A stretch of 64,000 nucleotides of DNA from Narcine bancroftii (Eukaryota), in NCBI RefSeq assembly GCF_036971445.1, contig NC_091475.1, positions 157,418,001 through 157,482,000 on the forward strand, given 5' to 3'. A program made the position numbers and the translations under genes. This document shows positions 23,896-36,890 of this stretch, piece by piece (positions within the stretch are counted from its first letter, which is position 1; the number at the start of each line of letters is the position of its first letter). The notes under the pieces are model-generated. The model worked only from the letters and a program-made list of their open reading frames with translations. It did not search any database and was not told the DNA's origin.

Positions 23896-26800
23896 TAGAG
23901 GTATTATTCCCCCCAAAAAGCTGCAAGTCTCTTTTGATTAACATTAAGTAGATGTCTCTATTATTTTCTCAAAAATGACATTAAAGTAACTAAACAATTT
24001 CTGATGTTTGATTCTTTGTAGATGCTTTTAGATCTGCTGAGTATTTCCTGTAGTTTTGTCATTCATTTCAATTTCTGCTGGATGGATGAGTTCAAGTTCT
24101 CTCCCCATAGGGGTTTCCATCAGGTTGATAAGTATGTAAAATTGTACATCCAGGAATTTGAATCAAATATAAACTGTCTTTAGAAGTGACATGTCAGCCC
24201 TTTCTTGCTGGACGGTTCTGTTTGAACATTTCAAAGGTACCCACTATATCCATAGCAATGAATGTTTTATGTCAAATTGAACAGGCTTCATGTTATTTGT
24301 CACAAAGCTCCATATGCAGTCTGTATTTATATGTTGGGAATGTTTTTATCTACAGGGAAGATAACCACCTTGTCATTTACAAACCATACGCTTCAGTGAC
24401 TCACAGTGTTTCTGCATAATGTTAGAACCCTGACTGTTTGTTTTACTGACAATGTTGACCTATTACAGGATTCATTAAAGTTTGTACAATGTATTCACTA
24501 CATGATAAATTGATTTTCCATAACTCAAGCAACAGTCCCATTTATCTATTTTAAATGTCATACTAAATGATGAACAATTGAAAATATAACTCTGTCTATC
24601 AACCTGACTTGTACCCTCCTGTCCTTGACCTATTTAACTATCCAGTGGAGGATAGAAAGTGTCCATGGAACTACAAGTGGTGCTTTGCTATTGATGCAAC
24701 TTAGTTACCCATCAGTCATGATAGCATTCTTCTGGTACAAATCAGTAATAATATTACTGAAATAATTTAATTTGTTTTGTTTTACTTTTTCCAAATGGTT
24801 TTGAAAATAAAGCATACATTCTTTTAGGGTTGATGACAACAAATGGGCAAATAGCAGAGTGTACCTGCTGCTTAGGCATCACTGCAGCTTGGTACTGGTT
24901 ATTTTGAGGTCCCAGATGCAGTGAACTATGTGTGTTCCTGCAGCAGTTTCACAGAGTTGGAAGGGAAATAACTTAATTGGCTCTGAAACTGAGATAACTG
25001 ACAACCAGCACTGGATTGATGAGAGTGGGTGTTGTGAGGAGGATAGGTCAAGGGTCAATACTCTTGCTCAAGCAAACAGCCAGCTGGACATTTTTGTTGG
25101 TCCCAAGAGCAGTGGTCTTGCCTTTGTGGAATACAATGTACTGTCCCAGGTCTTTGGGCAGTAGGATCAACACCGATCACATTAATCTGTTTTTATCAGA
25201 TCAATGAGCAGTGCATTATTGGAACTATCAGAAATGACGAGCAATGTCAGATGCACCCAACATTAGAGGCTGTGGTATGCTGAAGTGAGCTATTTTAAAG
25301 TACAAACAAAAATAATTTAAATTAAGATGAAAACAATAAAGAGCACATAGAGGCACCAAGCAGATGCAGTGATCTACGAAAATAATTACTGGCAAAGTCA
25401 AAAATCGTATTTTAGAACATTAAATGCATTTAACTGATATTGCAGGGTGATCTTGCTGTATTAATATTAGATATGTGTTTGTGGATGTTCTTCAACCCAT
25501 CTCACCTGACCATCCACCTGGCTGGAATAGGGTGACTGGATTTTTAAAATTGCCTTGTGCCCCAAGCGAACATTTTGAGGGGAAACATTTCAAGGATTGA
25601 GTTTTTTGAGGCTTAGAGCAACATAGCTATTTTTTTAGAGACCACAAAGAAAACTGGGCTTTACTTTCCCATTTAGCAGATTCTGCTAATTATTTTCATA
25701 TCTTTTACAAGTGATGGTGTGTGGACAGTTGCCTGCCAGAATGCAATTCATTCCCAAGTTAGAATCACCATTTATTGGGAATGTGGAGTGCAGAGTTGAT
25801 ATATATTTTGCCCACTATCCATCCAAAGCTTTCATCCACTGGAGCTGACATTTGCACAATTTTTTTTGTTATAAACTGTTGAAGATTAACCATTGGTGTC
25901 GTGTGTTAAAATGGACAAAGGGAAAGGGGCCACCAATAGAAGGCTGAACTTCATCAGTATTGTTCTGTAAAGAAGTTTTTACAATTCAAACCCATCATTT
26001 TAGTTCTTGTGAATCTCTCCTCCAGGCAGACCATAATTATATTTCTCAGTGATAAACATTTTGTGAAAAGAGCAGATTTTTCGTTGAAAACCTAGGGTTT
26101 TTGATTCTGTTTCCCATTTAATAAGTTGATGAGTTGCTCTAGCTATCAGGCAGTCTGTTTGATTAAACATTTCTATGGCAACAAGGATGGTGGTTGATTG
26201 CTAACCATTACTACTACCCACATTCTGCTTAGCCACTGAGTTGATATTTCATTTTAGTTGCATTATGTGCTATGGTGAAAAGATCATTCACATTCATCCA
26301 TTCTTCAGACCAATCCACACATTCCCCCGATTGAACAGATTATGGTATCTTTGTATTTAAACAGACATGGTACAGCATCTTACAACATCTTCACTCAATT
26401 TACAGATATTCTTTTACCAGCCAATCAGGTTAAGGTGGGCTCACATTCTTTGATTATCCGACGTCCTCTACTCCTAACCTCCCAAGTGCATGAATTAATC
26501 TGTGGGAATGGAACTTCCCAGCTGACCATAGTTAAATTACATACTCAGAACAACATTCACTCTCACATTTTATCCCAGGGTCTCTGGTAATCTATTCATG
26601 AGTGTGAGGGACTTATTTGTGTTTTATTTGTTGTCTTTCTCAGGTTTAGGAGGATTATTTAGTCCTTCTTTTCTCTAATCTGTCACACTGCTTGATTTTG
26701 CACCCCACCTCCCACCGCAGACCCTTCAATCTTAGCAAGTGGATACTGTGACTGCCTTACCCAGGCTGATACTCTTCCTCATGGTTTTACTGTTTCCCCA

Positions 26801-27899
26801 CTTTATCATGCAAAATGTACATTGACATCAACATAGTGCATGCATTCATTAAGCAAAGTATTTCTATAGATTTAATTGAAAAGAGCTTCCTGATATTAAT
26901 TTAACTGATCAATAAACCATGCATAGTACCTAGCTGTGTCTGCATTGTGTGTGTCCAGTGTCCTGGGAAAATTCTCCATTGCCCTTGTACTTCACAACAA
27001 TCAACACAATCTTGTTTTTAAAATCTAATTGAAAGTTGTTGCATGAACAAATCAGACCGTCAAAATGGAACAGTGGATTTTGAGTCCTTGGCTGCAGCTT
27101 GATAAATTCTTGACTGTTGATGGGAAACCATTTTTTCCTCTAAGTGATAAAGTCAAAGGATGAACTGACAACACCCTTTTATTCAAGATCATAATAACCT
27201 GCTGCCAACGACTGATGGATAAAGCGTAAAAATAGTGAAATTAAATATGATCAAACAACAAAGCATTTGAGAGCACACACAAAATGTTATGTCAATCATT
27301 CCATTTTAGTAGTTTTGTCTAGGGTTCTGCTATTTAGTATGACAACATAAATATAAAATGATACAAAGCCCATGTTCACACCATCTGTTATTCATCAAGA
27401 TAGGAGGAAGAAAGATTTATGTGTGAATCCATATTAAGCAGTTTTAGGCATGGAAAGGGAACACCTTTACAATTATGTGCAGATTCATACATCGATTTTA
27501 ATGTGTTCTATAGTTTATTTCATCCTGAGGAAAAAAGATGATTCAGACACTGTGATACAATCTTTTTGTTTATTGCTGACCTGATATTGGCAGCTTGTTG
27601 AATCTGATTTGGCTGTTTCTGTTTAGTTGTAGCAATCATATTTTATCTTTCTTTTGGCATTTGTTGAAAGAACTGAAGGAAAAACAAAAAAAAAATCAAG
27701 AATCTGTTAAACAGAGCACAAATCATTGTTTCAAACATTTAGAGACGATTTACAAACTTTCACCTTCATTAGCTATTCAAATTAAAATCATGTAAGTTTT
27801 TTTTCACATTAAGACTCTCTAAAGGTGTAGACAATGAAAAGTGTATTTAAAGTGCAAGTTTATTAAATAGGAAAGTCTGTGGATGCTGGGAATATAGAG

Positions 27900-28190
27900 C
27901 AGTACACAAACAGCTGGTCTCGTGGTATCTATATATCAGGTCACTCATCTGAGTGCTACTGGTACCATGTAACCCAGCGCTACCTGACATGGTCAGCAAC
28001 TCTACCAGCTCCCCCACCAGGCTTGCATGGGGAGGAGGGTGGCTAGATGCCCTGAAGGATGAAAAACAAAATAAAGAGCGGATGAACCCTCTCATAGGGT
28101 CAATGGCCATCTAGCAAACACATGCCGTGAAGCGTGGAAAGGTATCCCTTGCATCGAAGTTTGGAACAAGAGCAATGAAACTGAAAGATC
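27900..28190 (+). repeat. GC-richer structured repeat, possibly a retrotransposon 5' UTR with an HDV-like fold
   Basis: Several nested complementary segments (see findings); family not identified. Confidence 0.3.
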
Positions 28191-29444
28191 GTTACTCTGT
28201 TACATGTTTTTATCTCTAATTTTGTCAATGTTTGTAATAACAGTGCTAGTGATCCTCCTGACCACTAGAGGGAATCATAGACTAGTTTGTTGCAGCTTTT
28301 GTAGATTCAAGATGGATGCCTCCATACAGTTTTGAGTTCTATAGCTAATAAAATATAGTTATTTAAAAAAAAACCCAAGTTTTAATTATAATAAAAGAAA
28401 CATCACGTGGTACCAGGAATGAGAATCAGTCAATGTATCAGCAGAGAAATGGAAAGTGTGAAGTATCCTGATTTTTTAAATTTGATTGGAAATGTCAATC
28501 ATGAGTGGAGGCTGTTCAAATAAAGATTCATGCAAGCCATGGGAGTCAATAGCAATCCTAATGCATGGAAAACTGCACTGCTGCTTACTGTAGCACTGAG
28601 ACCAAGTATTAGAGGTTCTCAACACATTTGTTTTTGCCGAGGCAGAAGACCAGGGGAAATTTGATAAAGTTATTGAGAGGTTTGATGAGCACTATTCACC
28701 AAAGAAAAATGAAACGTTTGAAATGTACTTGTTTCACTTTTGCATGCAGCTGCTGAAAGAAAACTTTGATACTTCCTTAACTGACTTAAAGCTAAAAGCA
28801 AGAACGTGCAATTTTGGATTGCGGCAAGATTTGATGGTCCATGATCAAACTGTGTTCGGGGAAAGTTTTAAAAATTTATTTATAAATGTTCAAACTCGAC
28901 CCATTTCCAGTAATCAAACACAAATTACAGTTATCAATTATATACAAAATTTTCCATAGAGTCTGATCCATTTTTCCCCTTCCCTCCCCCTACCGCCCCC
29001 CCACACTCAACAGACCACAGTTATGCAAAACATTCAAGACACCTGCAACAATGGTAAGGAACACATCAGGGATTTGTCATGGCCCAACAGCTGACATCTA
29101 TAGGCTGTTACATTTTACTTGACTTTATTTGATTGACATGGAATGGACCCATGCCCCTCCCTCAGTGGAAGGATAGACAGGGAAGGCTGGCAGTGAGACG
29201 TACAGATCCACACTATAGCTATGCTCCTATGAAATTTAGATATGGTTGCCAAATTTTTAGTAAGATGTTATAATTTTCCCTGAAGGTGTAGGTAATTTTC
29301 TCCAGGGGAACACGGCTTTGCATTTCAATATTCTAGAGTGCAATGTCCAAGTGAGAGTCAGATTTCTAGGTAATCTCTATGCACTTCCAGGCCACTGCCA
29401 ATGTGATCATTACAAATTGAATTTGGAATTCGGTCAGCTTCATC

Positions 29445-29880
29445 TTTTAAAAAAAAAAAAAATTTTATTGAGTTTAGCATAACAATCAATATATAAGATA
29501 TTAATAAAGTTAATTTTAAATTCATTTTAAATTTAAACACATTTTAAATTCCATCCCTTATTATTAAATTAGATTGTCTATTAAAACAATTATACATGTC
29601 TGCCTGTCCCGCATCGGACTTGTCAGCCACAAATGAGCCTGCAGTTGACGTGAACATTACCCCTCCATAAATCTTCGTCTGCGAAGCCAAGCCAAAGAGA
29701 AGAAGAACATGTAAATCATATTATACCTTAATCGCATTATACCTTAATAAAATGGGGAAATAAAGGGTATTATCCAGGATAGTCATAATTAAACCCCAGA
29801 TATCTATTTATCTTAAAAAAAAAGAAAAAAAACCTAAAACTAATACTTATCTAATCCCTCCCTCTCATCAAAGTTACAGA
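29445..29880 (-). mobile_element. L1-like 3' UTR insertion inside the large L1
   Basis: Flanked by 10-bp direct repeat cagcttcatc (29435-29444, 29881-29890); AT-rich with minus-strand AATAAA. Confidence 0.65.
29597..29707 (+). mobile_element. Short RTE 3' fragment
   Basis: Matches 117-228; flanked by acatgt direct repeat. Confidence 0.85.
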
Positions 29881-32800
29881 CAGCTTCATCCTAAGCCTTA
29901 CGTTCATCATGTTTCCAAATAGGAAAAGCTTGGGTCCTGTGGGAATTCTTTACCTTTAATTTTTTTTCTAGGGCTTGGCTAATTCCACCAGAAGGGTCTC
30001 ACCTTGGTACATGTCCAGGTTGAGTGCACAAAGGTTCCTCTCACAGTGCCACATCTGAAGCATGGTCTGAAATTTTTGGTTTAGACTTATTCAGTTTTTG
30101 TGGTGTCAGATATTGTTGGTGGATAAAGTTATATTGCAGCAGCCTGTGCCATGCATTATACTGAACCAGCCTGTCACCTGTCTGACCAGCACTGCTCATC
30201 AATCATTGTTCGTAAGTCTGACTCCCACCTTTACCTTGATTTGTGAAGGCACGGTTTAGGGCCTTCCATTTGGACTTAATTTGTCTCTCAAGAAAGATCT
30301 TATCTGAAGGTAGGAGAGGAACGTCTTATTTGACAAGTCATATTTATTTCTGAGTTTCACAAATTACATAAGTTGTGCCCGCTCATAACAGTTCTCTGTA
30401 CACCTGACCCACCTTCAGCACCAGATGTCCAGGATCTTGTTGTCCACCGTCAATGTGACTAATCTATTCGGAGTCATGGGCATTTTTGGGGACAGCCCCA
30501 CTTTAGACCCTATGTATTAATTAATTTTGTTCCATATAGAAATTGTTTTAATAAGGGCTTATCTTTTTTGCCATATAATAATTTAATATCCTACTTATAA
30601 ATAAAGTCTCCTTCAACCTTACCCACCATGTGTAGACCAATTTGTGCCCAGGATGGTACACATTCTTCCCCCCCCCCACCTCAAATAGTGAGGTGATATA
30701 TCTCAACTCGGCTGCCGAATAATATTTCGTAAAGTCTGGTAACCTTAAACCACCAAGACTGAAGTCCAAGGTTAATTTTTCCATAGAGATCCTGGCTACC
30801 TTACCAATCCACAAAAACATTCTAGTATGTGATTATATGCTATGGAAGAGGTACTGAAGCATTGGCAACACATTCATTTTAACACAGTTGACCCTACCCA
30901 CCAGCATGATAGATAGGGACATCCACCTATTTGTTCTCCTCAAATATTCTGACCAAGAGGGTATTGTTTACTTAAATAAATTATTCAGCTTATTATCCAC
31001 CCTAACTCCTAGGTATTTGATCCCATTTTGCAGCCACTTCAAATAACTATTCTCTTGATATTGACTGAAACCCCCTTAGTAAATGGCATGACTCCACTCA
31101 TCCCAATTGATCTTATACCCAGAGACCTCTCCATAGTCTTCCAGAGTAGAGTACAGCCTGGCCAGTGAGTTTACTGGGTCTGTCAGATATATCAGCAGCA
31201 AATAGATTGATTTTGTTCCTCCTGGCCTACTCTAAATCCTTTGATGTCTGGATCCTGGCGAATGGCTTTGACCAATGGATAGCTTGTATGAATAGAGCTG
31301 GAGATAATGGACACCCTTGTCTGTTAGATCTTGACGGTGGGAAGGGTGAAGAAATTTGCCCATTGGTCACAACTTTAGCCTTGGCATGTGATACAAATCC
31401 AATTTATAAAAGTTGGCCCTAGCCCCAATTTTTTCCAGCACCTTGAACAAGAAGTCCCACTCCAGTCTGTCAAATGCCTTCTCTGCATCCAGGGCTATAG
31501 CTATGCTTCTTTCATCCTTTGACTGTGCCAGATGCATAATACTCAGCAGTCTGCTTAAATTGTCTGCTGCCTGCCTTTTTCGCACAAAGCCTGCTTGATC
31601 CTTATTTATTAATTTTGGTAAATGTTTCACCAAACTATTTGCTTTGGCAAGTAGCTTATAGTCCATATTTAATAATGAGATTGGTCTGTCAGAGGACAGT
31701 TTCAGTGGATCCCTGCTTTTATTTGAGAATCATTGTAATAATTGCTGTTGAAAAGGATACTGGAAGGGTATGGGTCTCACTCACCTCCATAAAAAGGGGT
31801 GTCAATAAATCCTTAAACTCCTTGTAGAACTCAGGCAGGAACTCAACCTCCCCTAGAGATTTGTTAGTCTGTAGTGAACTCAATGCCTTTCCTATTTCTT
31901 TCTCTGTGAAGGGGAAATCTAACCCTTCCTGTTCTTCTAGGTCTAAATTTTGTTGTTCCAATTTTGACAGGAACTCTGATTTTATCTGGTTCCAGAAGAG
32001 AAATTTATCTAGAGTAGACGTGTAACTGGTCTCATATATTCTGTTTTCTAACAAAGCTACCGTCTCTTGCTTACCCAGCATTTCTATGATTAATGTCAAA
32101 GGTGAATGGTCTGACAGAATCCTCACTGTGTACTCAGTATCCATGATCTTACTCTCTATGTGGGTTTAAGCCAGAAATAAATCTATCCTGGAATAGGAAA
32201 CTTGTTGCCTCAAGTAGAAGGAGTAATCCCTCTCCATATATCTATCAAATTCAGCTCCTCCATAAAATCAATGGTAACCCTTACTGCCTTTGTCTTTGCT
32301 TTTTTTTTCATTGACTTGTCCAGGACAGGATCTAGACTTAAGTTAAAGTTCCCCCACCAACCAGAATATTTTATCTTCCCTCTGCCAGTTTTGAGAAGCT
32401 ATCTTGTATGACATTTTGCTATCAAGATTGGAGGCATATGCATCTGACAATGCAGCATTACAAATCTCCCTGTTCTGTCTGTGACCACACTTTCTACTCT
32501 CACCAGAAATCTTTTTCCTATCCAGCACCATTGCCCTAGAACCAAATGAGGAGGCTATTACCTGGCCCAGCCATCCCCTTTTCAACTTTTGATGTTCCCA
32601 CTCTGTTAAATATGTTTCCTGGAGGAAGGCCAGATATGCCCCTGTTTTCTATGTGTGCCATGACTCTTTTCCTCTGCACTCTTCCATTGAGACTGTTTAC
32701 GTTAAAACGTATATTTGATATTATTAGACATTGCCGCGGGACTCTTCCCAAGTCTGTGTTTCCCCCATACCCTGACTGCCCCATGTACAACATCCATCCA

Positions 32801-33649
32801 ATCCTTTTCCTTCAGACAGGCACTCCAGTCCACTGAGTCCACAACAAATCCTAGAACAGAAAAATAATAAAAGAGACATAAAGGTCAAAAAAGACAAAGA
32901 TAACAGCATAAAATACAAAAAAGAAACTAACGAATTCACATTTATCCCCATCTATATCCTGCTCATTTTAATCTTCCCCCCCCCACCAGTGATTTCACCC
33001 TCGCGTCGTCACCATCCCCCTCCTCACCACAGGCTGTGCATTTTGCACCCATCTACTTCTCACCATCCTCAGGGGGGGTGGCGGGGGGAAAGGATGCAAC
33101 ATAATCTCCTCGAGGCTCGGGCCACTCCACAAGCCCCTTGCCTCCCAACGACCAGTCAGAAACTGCTTGGTCTCTCATCTTTGGGTCGGTCTCACCTCTT
33201 GCTGCCCTCCCGATGAGTACTGGCCACATACTGTGGGTTGTGCCTCTGTTGTCGGGACCCTGCTAGACCTTGGACCCAGAATCAGTGTTGCCATCTTGGG
33301 TTCCATGAGGCAGGCTCGAATGGGTGCTGGCAGTTGCTCCTACCTTACTAAATGGTTTTATTTAACTGGCATTTTTCCTCCCCATTTTTGTCAAGTAGAA
33401 CCTTTATTTATTTGTTCTTGCTATTTTTAGTGTTTGTACTTTCTTTTTTTTTTGAAACTGTTTTTGGCTTTCTTGGTCCAGGAACTCTAGGGGTTCAACA
33501 TCCTACTGCTTCCTCCACATCACATGACCTAGTGTTTGGGATTATTGATAAGAAAGCGAGAGAGAGGTTGAAAATGTTCATGAACAATCTGGCTAGTTGG
33601 TTGACACAGATTTTCGGTACCCAGCCAAGTACGCAGTCAGGGCCTGAGT

Positions 33650-34230
33650 GATGTCTCCCTCAGAGACAGATATCACAGGGTCCTCAGCCTTTGCAGGATT
33701 CTAGTAGGCACTGTTTGGTTCTTCTTCTCAAAGTGGGCATAGAAGGTGTTCAGCTCATCGGATAATGAAGTGCAACAGCCATCTATAGTGTTCGCCCTCA
33801 CTTTCTAGGCTGTAATGGCCTGCACTCCCTGCCATAACTTGCATGTATCTGTCTCTAGTTTCCTCCGAAATTGCCACTTTACTTCAGACATGGCCTTCTG
33901 CAGGTCGTACCTGGACTTCTTGTAGAGATCTAGATCCCCAGCCTTAAGCACCCTTGTTCCTGACCTCAGCAGGTTGCAAATTCTCTGATTCATCCAGGGT
34001 GACTGGTTGGGGAACAGACACACTCATCCACATAGGTCTTGATGAAGTTGGTGACACCTTTTGCATATTCGTTCAAGTCTACGGATGAGTTCTTGAACAT
34101 GTTCCAGTACAGCAATTCAAAGCAGTCCTGCAAACACTCCTTGGCCTCCCTTGACCTTACTTTTGCCGTCTTTACCACTGGTGCTGTGGTCTTCAGTCTA
34201 TGCTTGTATGCCAGGAGTAGAAGTACAGAC
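33650..34230 (-). mobile_element. Rex1/Babar LINE internal fragment
   Basis: CLQDCFELLYWNMFK..DLNEYAKGVTNFIKTYVDEC and FPNQSPWMN; homologous to 9.85-10.4 kb. Confidence 0.75.
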
Positions 34231-34419
34231 TTTATTTTAATTTTTTTCCCAAAATTATATAGTTACATTTTAAATATACAATATATTAAACTTTTTCTCA
34301 CAAACAAAACTAAATAAAACAAAAGTTTCTCCCTCCGCCCTGCCCCCTTTTCCATACATACAGACCCGTTCACCATCAGAGTTTACATTTAAGTATATAG
34401 AGAACTGTTGGGGAAACTG

Positions 34420-34489
<70 letters not shown>

Positions 34490-35625
34490 AAATCTTTTAT
34501 ACCCTTGTTCCTTTATATTACTATATTTAGGCCTCTATATGCTCCAGGTATGGCTGCCAGACCCTTACAAAAGTATAATATTTATTCTTTAAGTTATATG
34601 TGATGTTTTCCATAGATATACTGCTGTTCATTTCCGCAGTCCATCGTGCTACAAGTAAAGGGGGGTCAGATTGCAAGTGATCATGAAGAAGATACGAGAA
34701 ATCTAGCCTTTGCAGCTAGGTAATATTTTTTGAAATCTGGAAGTCTTAGTCCTCCCAGCCCATGGTCCCATGTTAGTTTTTTCCAGAGCAATTCTTTACT
34801 ATTCTTTACTTCCATAGGAACTGTCTAATAATGTTTCTTGTATGTTCTTATTCTTTTTTTGGTAAAACTGTATAATTGTGGTTGACAATGACTCTGGGAG
34901 GGTCTACGTTTCTGCAGCTTGGTCCAGGGCATCCAATAAAAGGGACATTAATAATTCTTTGAATTGTTTATAAAACTCAGGTGGCAAACCATCCTCGCCC
35001 AGTGATTTACTAACTGTAGGGTGCCCAAGAGTTTTTCAATTTCTTCCCTTGTGGAGGGAGTATCTAATTCTATCCTTTCTCTTTCTCCCAGCCTTGGAAG
35101 TTTGACATTCACCAAAAAATTTTCCATTTCTTTCTCATCTCCTAGTAATTCTGATTTGTAAAGTTTCATGTAATATTGTCTAAAAGTGTCATTAATTTCT
35201 TTTTGCTTATATACTAGAGTGCCTGTTTCTGCTTTTATAGCATTTATCATTTTTTTGAATATTTTATTTAGAATCAACACATATAACAATTACTAAAATC
35301 ATAAATCACTATTATAAAACATAAAAACATGTGAATTGTATAGAAAAAAGAAAAAAACTACAAAAGAATAAAAAACCCCAACTAATCCCTTCCTCCCACC
35401 AAACCCCTACTAAAAAAAAACCTAATTGCTAATATATATAATAAACATAATTATATATTGATTTGGATTCCTTCAGAAGGCTCTCAAAGGTCCAACAAAA
35501 ACATTCTTCTTAAAAACAAAAATGTTATTTATTTTAAGGGAAGACTTCACCAGTCTGGAGGATTCAAAGGAATAATTTATAATTTTAATCCCATTGTTTG
35601 AGTAAATACAGAATATTTACCCCTC
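34231..35625 (-). mobile_element. Two L1-type fragments (3' end plus ORF2 piece; second 3' UTR from ~35250)
   Basis: ORF 34948..35289 INAIKAETG..EINDTFRQYYMKLYKSE; AT-rich 3' UTRs with minus-strand AATAAA. Confidence 0.65.
34424..34480. repeat. (GT)n microsatellite
   Basis: Direct reading. Confidence 0.95.
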
Positions 35626-35629
35626 AAAT

Positions 35630-35856
35630 TATATGTAATGTTTTTTAATGGAATACAAATTTGAATCTCTGTTTGCCAGCTTCCAAATGTCAATTAAACA
35701 TCCTTTCTCTGCTTTACTGTTTGACTGTGGATACAGTCGATTGTAGGCTTTGAGCTGTACAGGATTTGTATGAATATATAGCTTTATCTTCAATGCCCTG
35801 ATGTTGCGCTCACAGATCAAATTGACCTTTGCCCCTAAGTCCAGCTTGAGAGGAAG
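35630..35856 (-). pseudogene. Gypsy protease fragment
   Basis: Minus translation PLKLDLGAKVNLICERNIRALKIK..VQLKAYN; homologous to 20590-20740. Confidence 0.75.
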
Positions 35857-36564
35857 TCAGGGGAACACAACCCAGTCCTCATCAAGGACTCAGTAGTGGA
35901 GAGAGTCAAGAGCTTCAAATTCCTGGGTGTCAACATCTCCGAGGATCTGTCCTGGAGCCTGCAAGTTTTTCAGCTTGGCTGATTTCAGAGACTGAGGATA
36001 TCTGGGGATATGGGTGACCTTGGAATTAGAAATGCAATCACAAAGAAGCCTCACCATCGGCTATACTTTGTGAGGTGTCCAAGGAGTATGTCACCGAAGA
36101 TTCTCGTAAACTTCTACAGGTGTACCATGGAGAGCATTCTGGCTGGTTGTATGGAGGCACCAATCTCAGGAAAAGAATAAACTCCAGAGGGTTGTTAACT
36201 CAATCTGTGACATTACAGGCACTAGAATTCACTTTATCAGGGTCATCTACATGAGTATTAAAAAAGTAGCCACTATCTTCAAAGACCCAGACCATGCCCT
36301 CTTCACTCTGCTACCATCGGGAAAAAAATGTACAAGAGTCTAAAGAGAAGTACTCAGAGGCACAAGGACAGCTTCTTCCCAAATGCCACCACATTTCTGA
36401 ATAATCAATGAACCAAAGGTACTGCCTTACTTTTCGTGCACTATTATTTTAATTTTTTTCATAGTAATGTTGTAAGATAGTTATAATATGAACATTTGCT
36501 CTATGATTCAGCTGCAAAACATTAAAGTTCATGACTTGTTCATGACAATAAATTCTGATTCTAA
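35857..36564 (+). mobile_element. Rex1/Babar LINE 3' part
   Basis: VERVKSFKFLGVNISEDLSW; LLPSGK; tail aataaattctgattcta. Confidence 0.8.
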
Positions 36565-36890
36565 TGTATTAGTGTGTCATGTTGTTAGATTAAACATCTC
36601 AAGGAAAGGGAATGTAATGATAGAATGCTAGTGATCCTCCTAACCACTAGAGGGAGTCAGAGACTACTTTGTTGCAGCTTGGGTAGATTCAAGATGGATG
36701 CCTCCACATGGTCTTAAGTGAGTTCTATAGCTAATAAAATATAGTTACTTAAAAATAACCCATTTATTTATTACAATAAAAGAAACATCACAGTTTCAGT
36801 AAACATTGTGAAGGCAAATATCTTCTGGTTGACACAAGAAACTGCAGCTGTTGGAATCTAGAACAACAAAACAAACTGCATGAGCAACTC

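Larger units (their letters stand above)
28862..33650 (-). mobile_element. L1/Tx1-type LINE, near full length, decayed
   Basis: Minus ORFs: APE NVNSLNGRVQRKRV and RILSDHSPL; RT DYKLLAK..DQAGFV..IALDAEKAFDRLEWDFL; C-terminal FLWIGKVARI..GGLRLPDF. Confidence 0.85.
28233..36792 (+). mobile_element. Gypsy element (family related to 17579-21894) disrupted by nested insertions
   Basis: LTRs 28233-28407 and 36613-36792; PBS-like tggtaccagg at 28408; gag MESVKYPDFLNLIGNV from 28449 to ~28860; PPT aaggaaagggaa at 36601-36612. Confidence 0.85.

Noticed and set aside
27595-27795. Possible host exon (aag|aactgaagg...aaaatcat|gtaagt; ELKEKQKKNQ..)
   Set aside because: Good donor but weak acceptor, A-run inside, no recognisable protein and no neighbouring exons; unsupported without RNA-seq.
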